A stretch of 40,847 nucleotides of DNA, from NCBI GenBank assembly GCA_964558725.1, contig CAZLFE010000005.1, positions 1 to 40,847 on the forward strand, in the 5' to 3' direction. Positions 27,128 through 36,010 of this stretch are shown here, in pieces (within the stretch, counting starts at the first letter, position 1; every line of letters starts with the position of its first letter). The stretch is from an uncultured Nitrospiraceae bacterium (GTDB lineage: Bacteria > Nitrospirota > Thermodesulfovibrionia > Thermodesulfovibrionales > SM23-35). The notes beneath the pieces are model-generated. The model made no database searches. It was not told the origin of the DNA and was given only the letters and a program-made list of their open reading frames with translations. Both the position numbers and the translations under genes were made by a program.

Positions 27128-27283
27128 GTCAGGCTGAAACCAACCATATGAAGATATGTTTTTTCTCTCCATTTGTGCTGAAGGCGGGGTTCAACGGGTT
27201 AAAGTATTAATTTTTAAAATGCTGGGTTTACCCAACTTTCCAAAAGTCCGTTAGACTCAACTACCCTTGAATATGCAGGTGGA

Positions 27284-28306
27284 TTAAAGTAGCTTAATCG
27301 TATTGTCAGTTATCAGTCTTACAATCTCAGGGTCAAACTGGGTACCTGCCCCTTTTATCAGTTCATCAATGATCTGACTTTGAGAAAGGGCCTTTCTATA
27401 AGGCCTATCACGCATCATTGCATCTATAGTGTCTGCGATTGCAACTATTCTTGCTGGAAGTGGTATCTTGTTTCCTTTAAGTCTTTCAGGATATCCTGTA
27501 CCATCAAATCTCTCGTGATGGTAAAGAATCACTTCGACTGTGTCTTCAAGGAAAGGCACCGCTTTAACAATCCTTGCACCTATCTCCGGATGTTTTCTCA
27601 TTTCTGCATGTTCTTCTCTACTGAGTAAATCCTTCTTTCTTAATATCTGTTCGTTTACTCCTATCTTTCCAATATCATGCATGATGGCCGCATGCCCGAG
27701 CTTATCTTTCATAATCTTTGAAAATCCAATGCCATCTGCTATTGTTGAGGACAGTTTTGCCACATGTTCGGAGTGGTCAAATGTATAACGGTCCTTTGCG
27801 TCTATTGCACGAATAAGTGCCTTTATGGTCCCCTCATAATATAGCATTAGATTCTGCCTTGCAGTTTCTACCTCCTTTACAAGGGATTCTTTAGTGCGTA
27901 AAAGATCTTCATGTTCTAACCTTGTTCTTTCCGAGTCGCGTCTTTTCTGAAGTCCACGTTCGACCACATTTATTACATCATCCTTATCAAAAGGCTTCGT
28001 AAGGTAATCTAAGGCACCGAGGCGTAATGCGCTCTGCGCTGTTTCAAGACCGGCGTATGCGGTCAGAAGTATAACCTCTGTATCAGGATATCTTTTTTTA
28101 ATCTCCTTCAGTACCGTTACTCCATCCATGTCCTGCATCTTTATATCAAGAACTACCAGATCCACAGGATTTTGGGCCATAAGATCAAGCCCTTCTTTCC
28201 CTCCATCTGCCATAAAAACAGTATATCTACCCTTTAAAACCTGCTGAACAGCATATCTCGCCATTAATTCATCATCTATTATGAGGATTTTTTCTTTGTT
28301 ATTCAT
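27284..28306 (-). CDS. response regulator with HD-GYP c-di-GMP phosphodiesterase output
   Basis: REC domain (ILIIDDE, LVVLDIKMQDMDG, KP). HD-GYP motifs (HDIGK, HHERFDGTGYP). Confidence 0.93.
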   Translation of the reverse strand: MNNKEKILIIDDELMARYAVQQVLKGRYTVFMADGGKEGLDLMAQNPVDLVVLDIKMQDMDGVTVLKEIKKRYPDTEVILLTAYAGLETAQSALRLGALDYLTKPFDKDDVINVVERGLQKRRDSERTRLEHEDLLRTKESLVKEVETARQNLMLYYEGTIKALIRAIDAKDRYTFDHSEHVAKLSSTIADGIGFSKIMKDKLGHAAIMHDIGKIGVNEQILRKKDLLSREEHAEMRKHPEIGARIVKAVPFLEDTVEVILYHHERFDGTGYPERLKGNKIPLPARIVAIADTIDAMMRDRPYRKALSQSQIIDELIKGAGTQFDPEIVRLITDNTIKLL

Positions 28307-30320
28307 TTTCTATTGGAACCACAGTTTTTGATACGTCTACAGTGAGGAGTTTAATTATAAAGCTGTTACTCCCGTTCTCACTTTTTATACTGAGGCTTCC
28401 GCCATGCCCCTCAATGATCTTATGGCTGATTGGAATATTTAGCTCAGTTCCAAGGGTATCAATATTCAGAAGCGGTTTAAGCAGGTCATCTCTTTCTTTA
28501 TCCGTTAACTCTTTGCCACTATATTTTATTAATATCTCCACATAAGGACTACTATCTATCGACACCGCACTGAGAGTGATAAAAGCGCCCCCAGGTGTCC
28601 TTTCAACAGCGCTGGAAACCAGATAATAGATAGCCTTTGCGAGGAGTTTTTTATCAGCGTTAATAAATACAGATTTATCGAGGTTTTGTTTTAAAAACCT
28701 ATGTGACGAGGGTATGTTCTTCACTATATAATCTGCGGATTCATCAATAATAAGGTTCACGTTTTCTTTATTAAGGTTATACTCGGCCTTACTCGAGAAA
28801 ATTATGAGTTTATCAATAAGGCTGTCAATCTTATGAATTGACTGAAAAACAACTGTTGCATAAAAATTATTAAGTTCCTCATTCTTAAACTTTTCATTCA
28901 TTAGCTGTGTATAAGTATATATTGATGTCATAGGGTTTCTTACCTCATCGGCAAGCTTTGCCATGAGGTCATTCATAGCCAGAAGCTTCTCCGTGCTTCT
29001 TTTCTGTTCCTCAAGTCTTTTAGAATCAGAAAGATCAGTGAAGACAATTCCTGCGCCGATAGGGATCCGATCTTCATCGAGCAACCTGCAGCTGTTTATC
29101 CCGATGGGCAGTTTTTCCTGGAGAATCTCCGCCTCGTGACGTTTATACGAGGTATCTCTAACCATAGTCTCATATAGTATGTCTCCCAATGGAGAAGGTA
29201 GTTCCCTTAAATCGTGATCTACCATCTCTGAGGGATTTAGATTCAAAATCTCAGATGCCCGCTGGTTAAAAATCGTGATCCTTTCATCCTTGTCAATTAC
29301 AATCACGCCGCTGGGCATGCTGGAAAGGATATTCTTTGTAAATTCTTTCTGGTAGAGTATCTGATGGTATAAATCTATATCCTTCACTGCTGCAGCGAGG
29401 TAATTGCAAAGCACATAGATTATCTCAAGCTCCTCCCTGTAAAATGGTTCTTCCGTGATCTTATTGCCTATGTTAAAGATGCCTATCAGTTTTCCTTTAG
29501 GTGTCATGGGGAATGAAAATGTACACTCCAGAAGTTCCATTTCTGACTTTATATTCAGAGAGGCCGTGTCAGTAAGATTAAGCGGTTTACGTAGTATCCT
29601 GCCTGTCTTTGCAAGCCATGTCACAAGCGCACTGTCCTTTCTTAACCTGAGATTCTCAGCAATATATGGGTCAAGCCCATAGTGTGTTTTAACATGAAAT
29701 CCTTCTTTATCCCTGAGCATAACTGACATCTTACTTACACGGCTAATACCCATAACCGAATCCATAAAGTGATTAAAGAGCTTTCTCATATCAAAACTTA
29801 CAGTCAGCAACTTAGCAAAATTAATCAATACTTGTAGGAATCTCCCGGATGCAAACGACCCAAGACCTTCCTGGCCATAAAAGGAGCTGACAGGAGTCCG
29901 CAGATCGTATGTACCATGTACAGGGGCATCATTTCTTGATTTTTCAAGGAGGCCTGTCACTTTCTTTAGCCTTTGCTTATCGAGGCCGCGCTTAACTATG
30001 ATGGGAAGCTCGCTATGTATAGACCGAGCCTCTACACAACCATAAATACTCGGGGGCATATTCTCCATAGTGAAATCGTTAAGTCTCTCGGGTGTAATAA
30101 GGATAACCGTGTCATTGTCGAGCTTATTTAATAGCTCCTCTAACCTGGATATCTTATATGAGACTGTATCTATAAGAAGTAGGTTAATCAGGAAATTGGT
30201 GTGAAGATCCTCAAACTCCTCTAAAGTCTTGAGGGGGTATATGGTATAGCCCTTAAGGGCTGTCTTTACCTCAGGAATAATTACATCATCTCTATCACTA
30301 AGTAATGCTAAGATTTCCAT
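28299..30320 (-). CDS. histidine-kinase-like sensor (REC-like/GAF/PAS) lacking the phospho-acceptor His and with a degenerate ATP-binding domain
   Basis: The H-box reads LADEVRNPMTSI, whereas the neighbouring kinase has FAHEIKNPLTSI. N, G1 and G2 boxes are not recognisable (LVSSAVERT, KYSGKEL, GTELNI). PAS-like segment (SGVIVIDKDERITIFNQRASEIL). Confidence 0.85.
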   Translation of the reverse strand: MEILALLSDRDDVIIPEVKTALKGYTIYPLKTLEEFEDLHTNFLINLLLIDTVSYKISRLEELLNKLDNDTVILITPERLNDFTMENMPPSIYGCVEARSIHSELPIIVKRGLDKQRLKKVTGLLEKSRNDAPVHGTYDLRTPVSSFYGQEGLGSFASGRFLQVLINFAKLLTVSFDMRKLFNHFMDSVMGISRVSKMSVMLRDKEGFHVKTHYGLDPYIAENLRLRKDSALVTWLAKTGRILRKPLNLTDTASLNIKSEMELLECTFSFPMTPKGKLIGIFNIGNKITEEPFYREELEIIYVLCNYLAAAVKDIDLYHQILYQKEFTKNILSSMPSGVIVIDKDERITIFNQRASEILNLNPSEMVDHDLRELPSPLGDILYETMVRDTSYKRHEAEILQEKLPIGINSCRLLDEDRIPIGAGIVFTDLSDSKRLEEQKRSTEKLLAMNDLMAKLADEVRNPMTSIYTYTQLMNEKFKNEELNNFYATVVFQSIHKIDSLIDKLIIFSSKAEYNLNKENVNLIIDESADYIVKNIPSSHRFLKQNLDKSVFINADKKLLAKAIYYLVSSAVERTPGGAFITLSAVSIDSSPYVEILIKYSGKELTDKERDDLLKPLLNIDTLGTELNIPISHKIIEGHGGSLSIKSENGSNSFIIKLLTVDVSKTVVPIENE

Positions 30321-32499
30321 CTCTCGCTTCCATTTTCTTAATAGGCAGTGTTATCTTAAAAGTAGTTCCTTTTTTAAATTCACTATCCACTACTATTTTA
30401 CCACAGTGGTCTTCAACAATCTTTTTAGTTATGGCAAGACCAAGCCCTGCGCCTATTGTCTTTGTCGAAAAAAAAGGCTCAAATATCCTGTGTACATCCT
30501 CAGTAGATATTCCGTCCCCATTGTCTGAAATTGACATGTCAACATTCTCTCCATTTGGGTTAATACTAACCTTTATTACTCCGTCATCCCGATTGTCAGG
30601 AATAGCCTGACAACCATTCATTATTATATTAATAAATGCCTGTCTTAGCCTTTTTTCATCTCCCAATACGTCGACCTTAATGTTTTTATAATCCTTTTCA
30701 ATATTGATCTTTTTCCTTCTAAGTTCAAGGTTTGCCTTTACCTCATCAATAATCTGGTCTATAAGCCCGGTTATATTTACAGTGCTCATTCTGCCAGATG
30801 TCCTCCCTGACGAAAGATTTAGAAATTCTGAAATAAGACCGTCTATACGGTTTACACTATCTATAACAATCTTTGAGAAGTTTTCCCTGAAATCTCTATC
30901 AGAGAACCTTTCGGGTAGCAATTGGGCAAATGTCTTTATAGAGGTGAGGGGGTTTTTTATCTCGTGTGCGAAGGTGGCAGATATCATACCTATTGATGCA
31001 AGCCTCTCTGAGTAAACCTTCTCTTCATAGAGTCTGGCATTTTTTATGGCAATTGCCGCCTGGTTAGATATAGTATTAAGCAATCTGATGTCTTCATCAG
31101 AGAATATATCTGCTGATTGCTTCTCTCCAAGAACCATTAAGAGTTCTAATTTACCATCGATAAATACTGGAACTACTACTTCACCATTAAAAGGCTTAAG
31201 GTCGGTATTAACTTTATCTACTACTTCCTGGCTTATTTTATGAATCTGCGGCAGCTCCTCTCTTATAACAACATTATTAAATGTCCTGAGGAGTTTAACT
31301 ATCTCTGATGTCCCGTTTATTGTTCCATCACTTGCTTGTATTCTGTATTCTGTGTTGTGTGCCCTGAAAGCAGAGTCTCTGTCTATGTTCATTGCTTTTT
31401 CGTCTTTCATTACATTATCTTTTCCATATGCTGTAAAATAGACAATTCTATAACTTTCACCCGAAACAATAGAGAGCAAATAAATGTTTTTTAAGCCAAG
31501 AGTTGAGAAAATTGTATCTCCAACGGAACTGTATATTTTCCTAAGATTAAAAGTTGAAGCAAGCTCATGGCTTACTTTCTGTATAGTGGCGTAATAGTCG
31601 TATGTCCTTTTATAAAAGATTTTGTCAATAATTGTTTGGACCCTGTTTCTAATAGGATTGAAAAGAAATGCAATTATAAGGGCAGCAATAGCAATAACTG
31701 TAAAAGAAGTTATACCAGCCAGATTAGATAAATATTTAGTCATGGCAAGAATAAGTATGATAAAAAAGCTGGTCAAAATCCCGGCAGAAAGGGAATAGAC
31801 CGCTGTTTTTTTGACTATAATATTTATGTCCATAAGGCGATAACGGAGGATGGCATAAGTAACAATAATACAGTATATAGGGATAGTGAGATTACCAAAA
31901 GGGTAGATATCAATTTTAAACATAGGGAAGAAATTGGTAGTGCCTCCTAAAAACCCCGAGAACGTTCCTACAAAAAAATAAAGTATTTGATTCCTTTTGA
32001 TTCCAGAGGTCTTTCTATAATGCACGACTAATTCAACATGCCCCCAAACAACTAAACTAATCCAAATAAAGAAAAAAATGGGATAAAATAAGCCAGTTGC
32101 GTGGTTATAATAAAGGAAGTTAAAGATAACTCTTGTCTTTGATATGAAGAGAGAAGTTGCATTAAGAAATAAAAAGAAGATGCCTTGCAAGTATGCGAAG
32201 AGGAGCATTTTTTTTAATTCTTTTTCCCTGTCGCAAAATACAACAGCGGTGTGAAAAAAAAGGACAGCAATGAATATTACCCCTATATGAGATAATCTCC
32301 AGGCAATTATTCCTTCCAAAGGAGTAGTTGCCCTCCCAATTAAAAAAGCGCCAAACCCCCAGATAGCTACCGCTACATTAAAAAACAACCAAACAATATG
32401 GATTTTTCTTTTCCTGTATATCGCTAATATAACTGCTACTCCTGAACATGTTAAGCCTAATATCAACCCTAATAGTGAATATAAAAAATTCGGATTCAT
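30298..32499 (-). CDS. polytopic membrane sensor histidine kinase (about 7-8 TM helices - GAF - HisKA - HATPase)
   Basis: Intact H-box FAHEIKNPLTS, N-box NIIMNGCQA, G1 SDNGDGIS and G2 GAGLGLAI. The N-terminal ~290 aa are hydrophobic helices. Confidence 0.92.
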   Translation of the reverse strand: MNPNFLYSLLGLILGLTCSGVAVILAIYRKRKIHIVWLFFNVAVAIWGFGAFLIGRATTPLEGIIAWRLSHIGVIFIAVLFFHTAVVFCDREKELKKMLLFAYLQGIFFLFLNATSLFISKTRVIFNFLYYNHATGLFYPIFFFIWISLVVWGHVELVVHYRKTSGIKRNQILYFFVGTFSGFLGGTTNFFPMFKIDIYPFGNLTIPIYCIIVTYAILRYRLMDINIIVKKTAVYSLSAGILTSFFIILILAMTKYLSNLAGITSFTVIAIAALIIAFLFNPIRNRVQTIIDKIFYKRTYDYYATIQKVSHELASTFNLRKIYSSVGDTIFSTLGLKNIYLLSIVSGESYRIVYFTAYGKDNVMKDEKAMNIDRDSAFRAHNTEYRIQASDGTINGTSEIVKLLRTFNNVVIREELPQIHKISQEVVDKVNTDLKPFNGEVVVPVFIDGKLELLMVLGEKQSADIFSDEDIRLLNTISNQAAIAIKNARLYEEKVYSERLASIGMISATFAHEIKNPLTSIKTFAQLLPERFSDRDFRENFSKIVIDSVNRIDGLISEFLNLSSGRTSGRMSTVNITGLIDQIIDEVKANLELRRKKINIEKDYKNIKVDVLGDEKRLRQAFINIIMNGCQAIPDNRDDGVIKVSINPNGENVDMSISDNGDGISTEDVHRIFEPFFSTKTIGAGLGLAITKKIVEDHCGKIVVDSEFKKGTTFKITLPIKKMEARDGNLSIT

Positions 32500-32508
32500 A
32501 TTTTTACT

Positions 32509-33804
32509 CTATATTTTCCTAAAAACTACTGCAGCGTTATAACCGGCAAAAGCGCAACATATTTTTAGCACTGTTTTTAACTCCAATTTGACTTTTTCTT
32601 TTGCCACGTCCATTTCCATTTTAGGATGAGTTTCCTCAACATTCAAGACAGGCAATACTAAATTACTTTCTAAACAAAGCAAAAGTATAGCTGTCTCTAA
32701 CAAATTGCTCCCCCCTAAATTATGCCCAATGTAAGGTTTAAATGTAGTAACTAAGGGTCTTTTAGGGTTTGTTCCAAAAATATCTGTAATTGCTTTTGCT
32801 TCGTATCTATCAATAACGGCATTACCCACTCCATGAGCACACACTAAATCAATTTCTTTTTTATCAATCTTGCTAAACCTTATCGCTTCTCTTATCGCTC
32901 TTTGGTAGAAATCATCTCCCACCTTTGGATAAATTACCTTCCATCCTTCTTGAGAGAAACCCCCGCCTAAATATTCAGCGTAAATTTTCGCTTTTCTTTT
33001 GACTGCGTGCTCCCAATCTTCCATTACAAGACCACATCCTCCATCTCCAAAAACAATCCCATTTGATTTTTTACTAAATGGCTTTATTCTGCCATCTTCA
33101 GCATACATATTTAAGTCTTTAAACCATAGATACTTATATATCCGTGGATAATCCGCTGAGGCGACAATTACCGCCGAACTTCGGCCGGTTTTAATTATTT
33201 GGCTGGCAACTTCTAAAGCATAAAGCCCTGAAGAACAAGCATTGTTTACAAATAGAGAATACCCGTGAATTTTAAATGTTCTTAGGATGTGAAACATAAC
33301 CATAAAAGTTTGCAAATCGTACGCACTCTTGACTGTTGCATAATGGTATTTTTCAGAAAATTGTCTCTTTGTGATTGGGTCAGATTTCTTCTTAATCTTC
33401 GCAAAAGAAACATCAATACATTTAGAAATATACTGCTCTAAACCGGCATTCTCATGGGTAACTACACACCCTATATCATTATCTTCAGGATTATATTCTA
33501 ATTTACTATCCTCCAAAGCTAACTTTACTGCAGCTAAAAGATAATACAAATCTATTATATCCTCTCCATCTTTCCAATCCTTAATCTCTTGTAATGTGTT
33601 CTTATCTATATTGAATTTTTCAATATCAAAGTTATCTATTTTGTGCAAATAAAATCTTTCCCATAATTCACCATCAACAAACCACTCTTCTAGTTTGATA
33701 TTTGTTTTTCCCTCAACAAGAGCGCTCCATAGAGAATCTTTACCTATCCCAATAGAAGTCAAAGGTCCTATCCCTGTTACCACCACTCTTTTTTCTTGCA
33801 TCAT
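32509..33804 (-). CDS. beta-ketoacyl synthase family protein (Cys-His-His present, atypical insertion)
   Basis: VNNACSSG (Cys), CAHGVGN (His) and IGHNLGGSN (His). About 40 extra residues before the Cys loop relative to FabF. The start ATG overlaps the upstream KS stop (ATGA). Confidence 0.88.
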   Translation of the reverse strand: MMQEKRVVVTGIGPLTSIGIGKDSLWSALVEGKTNIKLEEWFVDGELWERFYLHKIDNFDIEKFNIDKNTLQEIKDWKDGEDIIDLYYLLAAVKLALEDSKLEYNPEDNDIGCVVTHENAGLEQYISKCIDVSFAKIKKKSDPITKRQFSEKYHYATVKSAYDLQTFMVMFHILRTFKIHGYSLFVNNACSSGLYALEVASQIIKTGRSSAVIVASADYPRIYKYLWFKDLNMYAEDGRIKPFSKKSNGIVFGDGGCGLVMEDWEHAVKRKAKIYAEYLGGGFSQEGWKVIYPKVGDDFYQRAIREAIRFSKIDKKEIDLVCAHGVGNAVIDRYEAKAITDIFGTNPKRPLVTTFKPYIGHNLGGSNLLETAILLLCLESNLVLPVLNVEETHPKMEMDVAKEKVKLELKTVLKICCAFAGYNAAVVFRKI

Positions 33805-35018
33805 TTATTCCCCCCATTTTTGACTACCAGACAAGAATTATTACCACCAAAAGCGAAACCATTATTTAATGCAATATTCACTTTCTTTACTTTTGCTCTA
33901 TTAGGAACACAATCTATGTCACATTCTGGGTCAGGGGTCTCAAAATTTATAGTTGGAGGGATGATGTTTTCTTTCACAGTAAGACAGCAGGCTAATGCCT
34001 CAATAGCAGATGCAGCGCCCATAGTGTGGCCAAGCATAGATTTTATTGAACTAACAGGAATTGTTTTACTTCGTTCTTTAAAAAGATTTTTAATTGCGGC
34101 ACATTCAGTTTTATCGTTGCTTTGCGTACCGGTTCCATGAGCGTTTATATAATCAACCTCTTCTTTCTGAATATCCGCTTCTTTTAAGGCTTTCCGTATT
34201 ACTTTCTCAACACCCTCTACATGGGAGGCAGTCATATGGTAAGCATCACAACTAATGCCATAGCCTAATATCTCTGCGTAGATGTTCGATTTTCTTCTTA
34301 AAGCAAACTCTATCGGCTCTAAGACAAGAATTCCGGCTCCTTCTCCAACGAGCATTCCCCTCCTATTTTTATCAAAGGGCTGACATTTCTCATGAGCCAT
34401 TGCATAGAGGCGATGGAAGCCACAAAATGCAACTTTAGAGAACGAATCAGCACCCCCTACAACAGCATAATCTATATCTCCTTTTTTTATTAAATCAAAC
34501 CCGTAACCTATGGCATAGTTACCAGCAGCACAGGCTGTGGGAATAAGATAATTTGGTCCCAGTAGTTTAAAGTAATTAGCGATATTAGCAGATAAATTAT
34601 TCGGCGAAGACTGCAATATTTTTGTTTTGTTAATCTTATCAGACCCTTCCTTAATCCAGGCATCAATGGATTCCTCCAATGGTCTCTCACCCATTGTAGT
34701 CCCAATAAAAACACCAGCTCTTTCTTTACCGATGTTTCTCAAAGATAATCTGGAATCTTTTAAAGCCAGAGATGCAGCGGCTATAGCCAATTGGGATGTG
34801 CGACCCAAGAATTGGATTTTTCTTTTGGCAATAAAATCTTCAGGAATAAAATTCTTTATCTCACCAGCATAATGACACCTGAATTCTTTGGTGTCAAATG
34901 AAGTAACTCTACTTATACCTGATTTGCCATTTATTATGGCCTTCCAGAACTCATCTTTGCCAATCCCTACAGATGAAACTACTCCTAACCCTGTAACTAC
35001 AACTCTGCGTTTATTCAT
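33801..35018 (-). CDS. beta-ketoacyl-ACP synthase II-like (FabF-type KS)
   Basis: PTACAAG (Cys), NAHGTGT (His) and MLGHTMGAAS (His). Full-length FabF-like collinearity. Confidence 0.93.
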   Translation of the reverse strand: MNKRRVVVTGLGVVSSVGIGKDEFWKAIINGKSGISRVTSFDTKEFRCHYAGEIKNFIPEDFIAKRKIQFLGRTSQLAIAAASLALKDSRLSLRNIGKERAGVFIGTTMGERPLEESIDAWIKEGSDKINKTKILQSSPNNLSANIANYFKLLGPNYLIPTACAAGNYAIGYGFDLIKKGDIDYAVVGGADSFSKVAFCGFHRLYAMAHEKCQPFDKNRRGMLVGEGAGILVLEPIEFALRRKSNIYAEILGYGISCDAYHMTASHVEGVEKVIRKALKEADIQKEEVDYINAHGTGTQSNDKTECAAIKNLFKERSKTIPVSSIKSMLGHTMGAASAIEALACCLTVKENIIPPTINFETPDPECDIDCVPNRAKVKKVNIALNNGFAFGGNNSCLVVKNGGNK

Positions 35019-35019
35019 T

Positions 35020-35307
35020 TTACCCCGTGAGATAATTTTTAAGCCGATTCTTTAGATACCTTTTGCCCCATGCTGTTTTCAAATATTTCTCTCTTATTCT
35101 TGCATCATGTTCATTTAAGCAAGCTTCGTAATATATAATTTCAAATGGTACCCTATTTTTAGTAGATTGAGTCCTGCCATTATTATGTTCTTCAATGCGT
35201 CTCTTAAGATTCCGGGTTGAGCCAGTATACCATTTGTCATCTTTTAAACTTTCAGAACATATGTATAAATCATCACAATATCTCACGGGGTTTAATGCTA
35301 AATACAA
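35020..35307 (-). CDS. small GIY-YIG nuclease family protein, copy 1 (start uncertain)
   Basis: KWYTGST (YIG), RRIEEHN (conserved Arg) and IIYYEAC (Glu) are present. The only in-frame starts are TTG 35307 or GTG 35286, both inside the fabZ 3' end/TIR. The ATG that matches copy 2 (35273) is out of frame by 1 nt. Confidence 0.65.
   Translation of the reverse strand: MYLALNPVRYCDDLYICSESLKDDKWYTGSTRNLKRRIEEHNNGRTQSTKNRVPFEIIYYEACLNEHDARIREKYLKTAWGKRYLKNRLKNYLTG
35023..35290. mobile_element. 268-bp cassette A: GIY-YIG ORF bounded by perfect 12-bp terminal inverted repeats
   Basis: CCCCGTGAGATA (35023-35034) and TATCTCACGGGG (35279-35290). It fills the whole fabZ-KS gap. A second homologous cassette lies at 37311-37577, and both interiors are 244 nt. 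Confidence 0.6.
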
Positions 35308-35719
35308 GATTTGCTTTTGCCACGATTTTGTTACTCACTCTCGCTATAACATCTGTTATTGCAGCATAATCCAGAAACTTTACTTTCTCTGGTTCTATAA
35401 TCATTTTATTACCGGGATATACCGGAGCCAAGAACTCCGCCTTTACCTTGCCTAAATAATAATCGGGGAGCGCTTTGGCTATTTCCGGCTTATCAACAGA
35501 ATAAAGAATTATTGAAGCCTGTGCCATTGCTTCTATTATTAAAACACCCGGCATTATAGGTCTGCCGGGGAAATGCCCCTCAAAAAAACTTTCATTGTTT
35601 TTGATATTTTTGACAGCCACAATTTTTTGGGTACCATCAACTTCGATTACCTCATCAATAAAAAGAAAAGGCTCTCTATGAAGTAAAATAGATTCAATTT
35701 TTTCTTTATCCCAGTTCAT
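35273..35719 (-). CDS. fabZ: 3-hydroxyacyl-ACP dehydratase, FabZ-type hot-dog fold
   Basis: LLHREPFLFIDEV, GHFPGRPIMPGVLIIEAMAQ (catalytic His and Glu). The last six codons (KPREIL) and the stop lie inside the cassette A inverted repeat. Confidence 0.9.
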   Translation of the reverse strand: MNWDKEKIESILLHREPFLFIDEVIEVDGTQKIVAVKNIKNNESFFEGHFPGRPIMPGVLIIEAMAQASIILYSVDKPEIAKALPDYYLGKVKAEFLAPVYPGNKMIIEPEKVKFLDYAAITDVIARVSNKIVAKANLVFSIKPREIL

Positions 35720-35740
35720 ATATGAGCCTTTTTTAGAACA

Positions 35741-35762
35741 TGAGATAATTACCTATCTCACG
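35741..35762. repeat. degenerate end-to-end copy of the cassette inverted repeats at the ACP-fabZ junction
   Basis: TGAGATA (35741-35747), attacc, TATCTCACG (35754-35762). The right arm matches 9 of 12 nt of the TIR and the left arm 7 of 12. It overlaps the ACP stop codon. Confidence 0.45.
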
Positions 35763-35998
35763 TCCTTCAAGTGCTTGGTATATTCCATTATCAGTCTTAG
35801 ATTCCTGATATTTGGGATATCTTTTTCGGGTATAATAATCCGATACTTCTTCTCAAAAGCAGCCACTATCTCAATTGCCTTTAATGAATCTATCCCCAAA
35901 TCTCTAAAAAAGTCTGCATCAAGCGTAAGTTTTTCCACAGGAACCTCAGTAATATCTGCAATTATTTTCTTTACTTCTTCTTCGAAGTTATCAGGCAT
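35753..35998 (-). CDS. acyl carrier protein (divergent, non-housekeeping type)
   Basis: 81 aa. Phosphopantetheine site LGIDSLKAIEIV. Basic C-terminus, unlike the acidic AcpP. Confidence 0.9.
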   Translation of the reverse strand: MPDNFEEEVKKIIADITEVPVEKLTLDADFFRDLGIDSLKAIEIVAAFEKKYRIIIPEKDIPNIRNLRLIMEYTKHLKDVR

Positions 35999-36010
35999 GT
36001 ACCCTCCTTC

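Noticed and set aside
27145-27165. CATAT-gaag-ATATG plus T6 as the terminator of the 25076-27127 cyclase
   Set aside because: The stem is only 5 bp and entirely A/T-rich, which is too weak to call.
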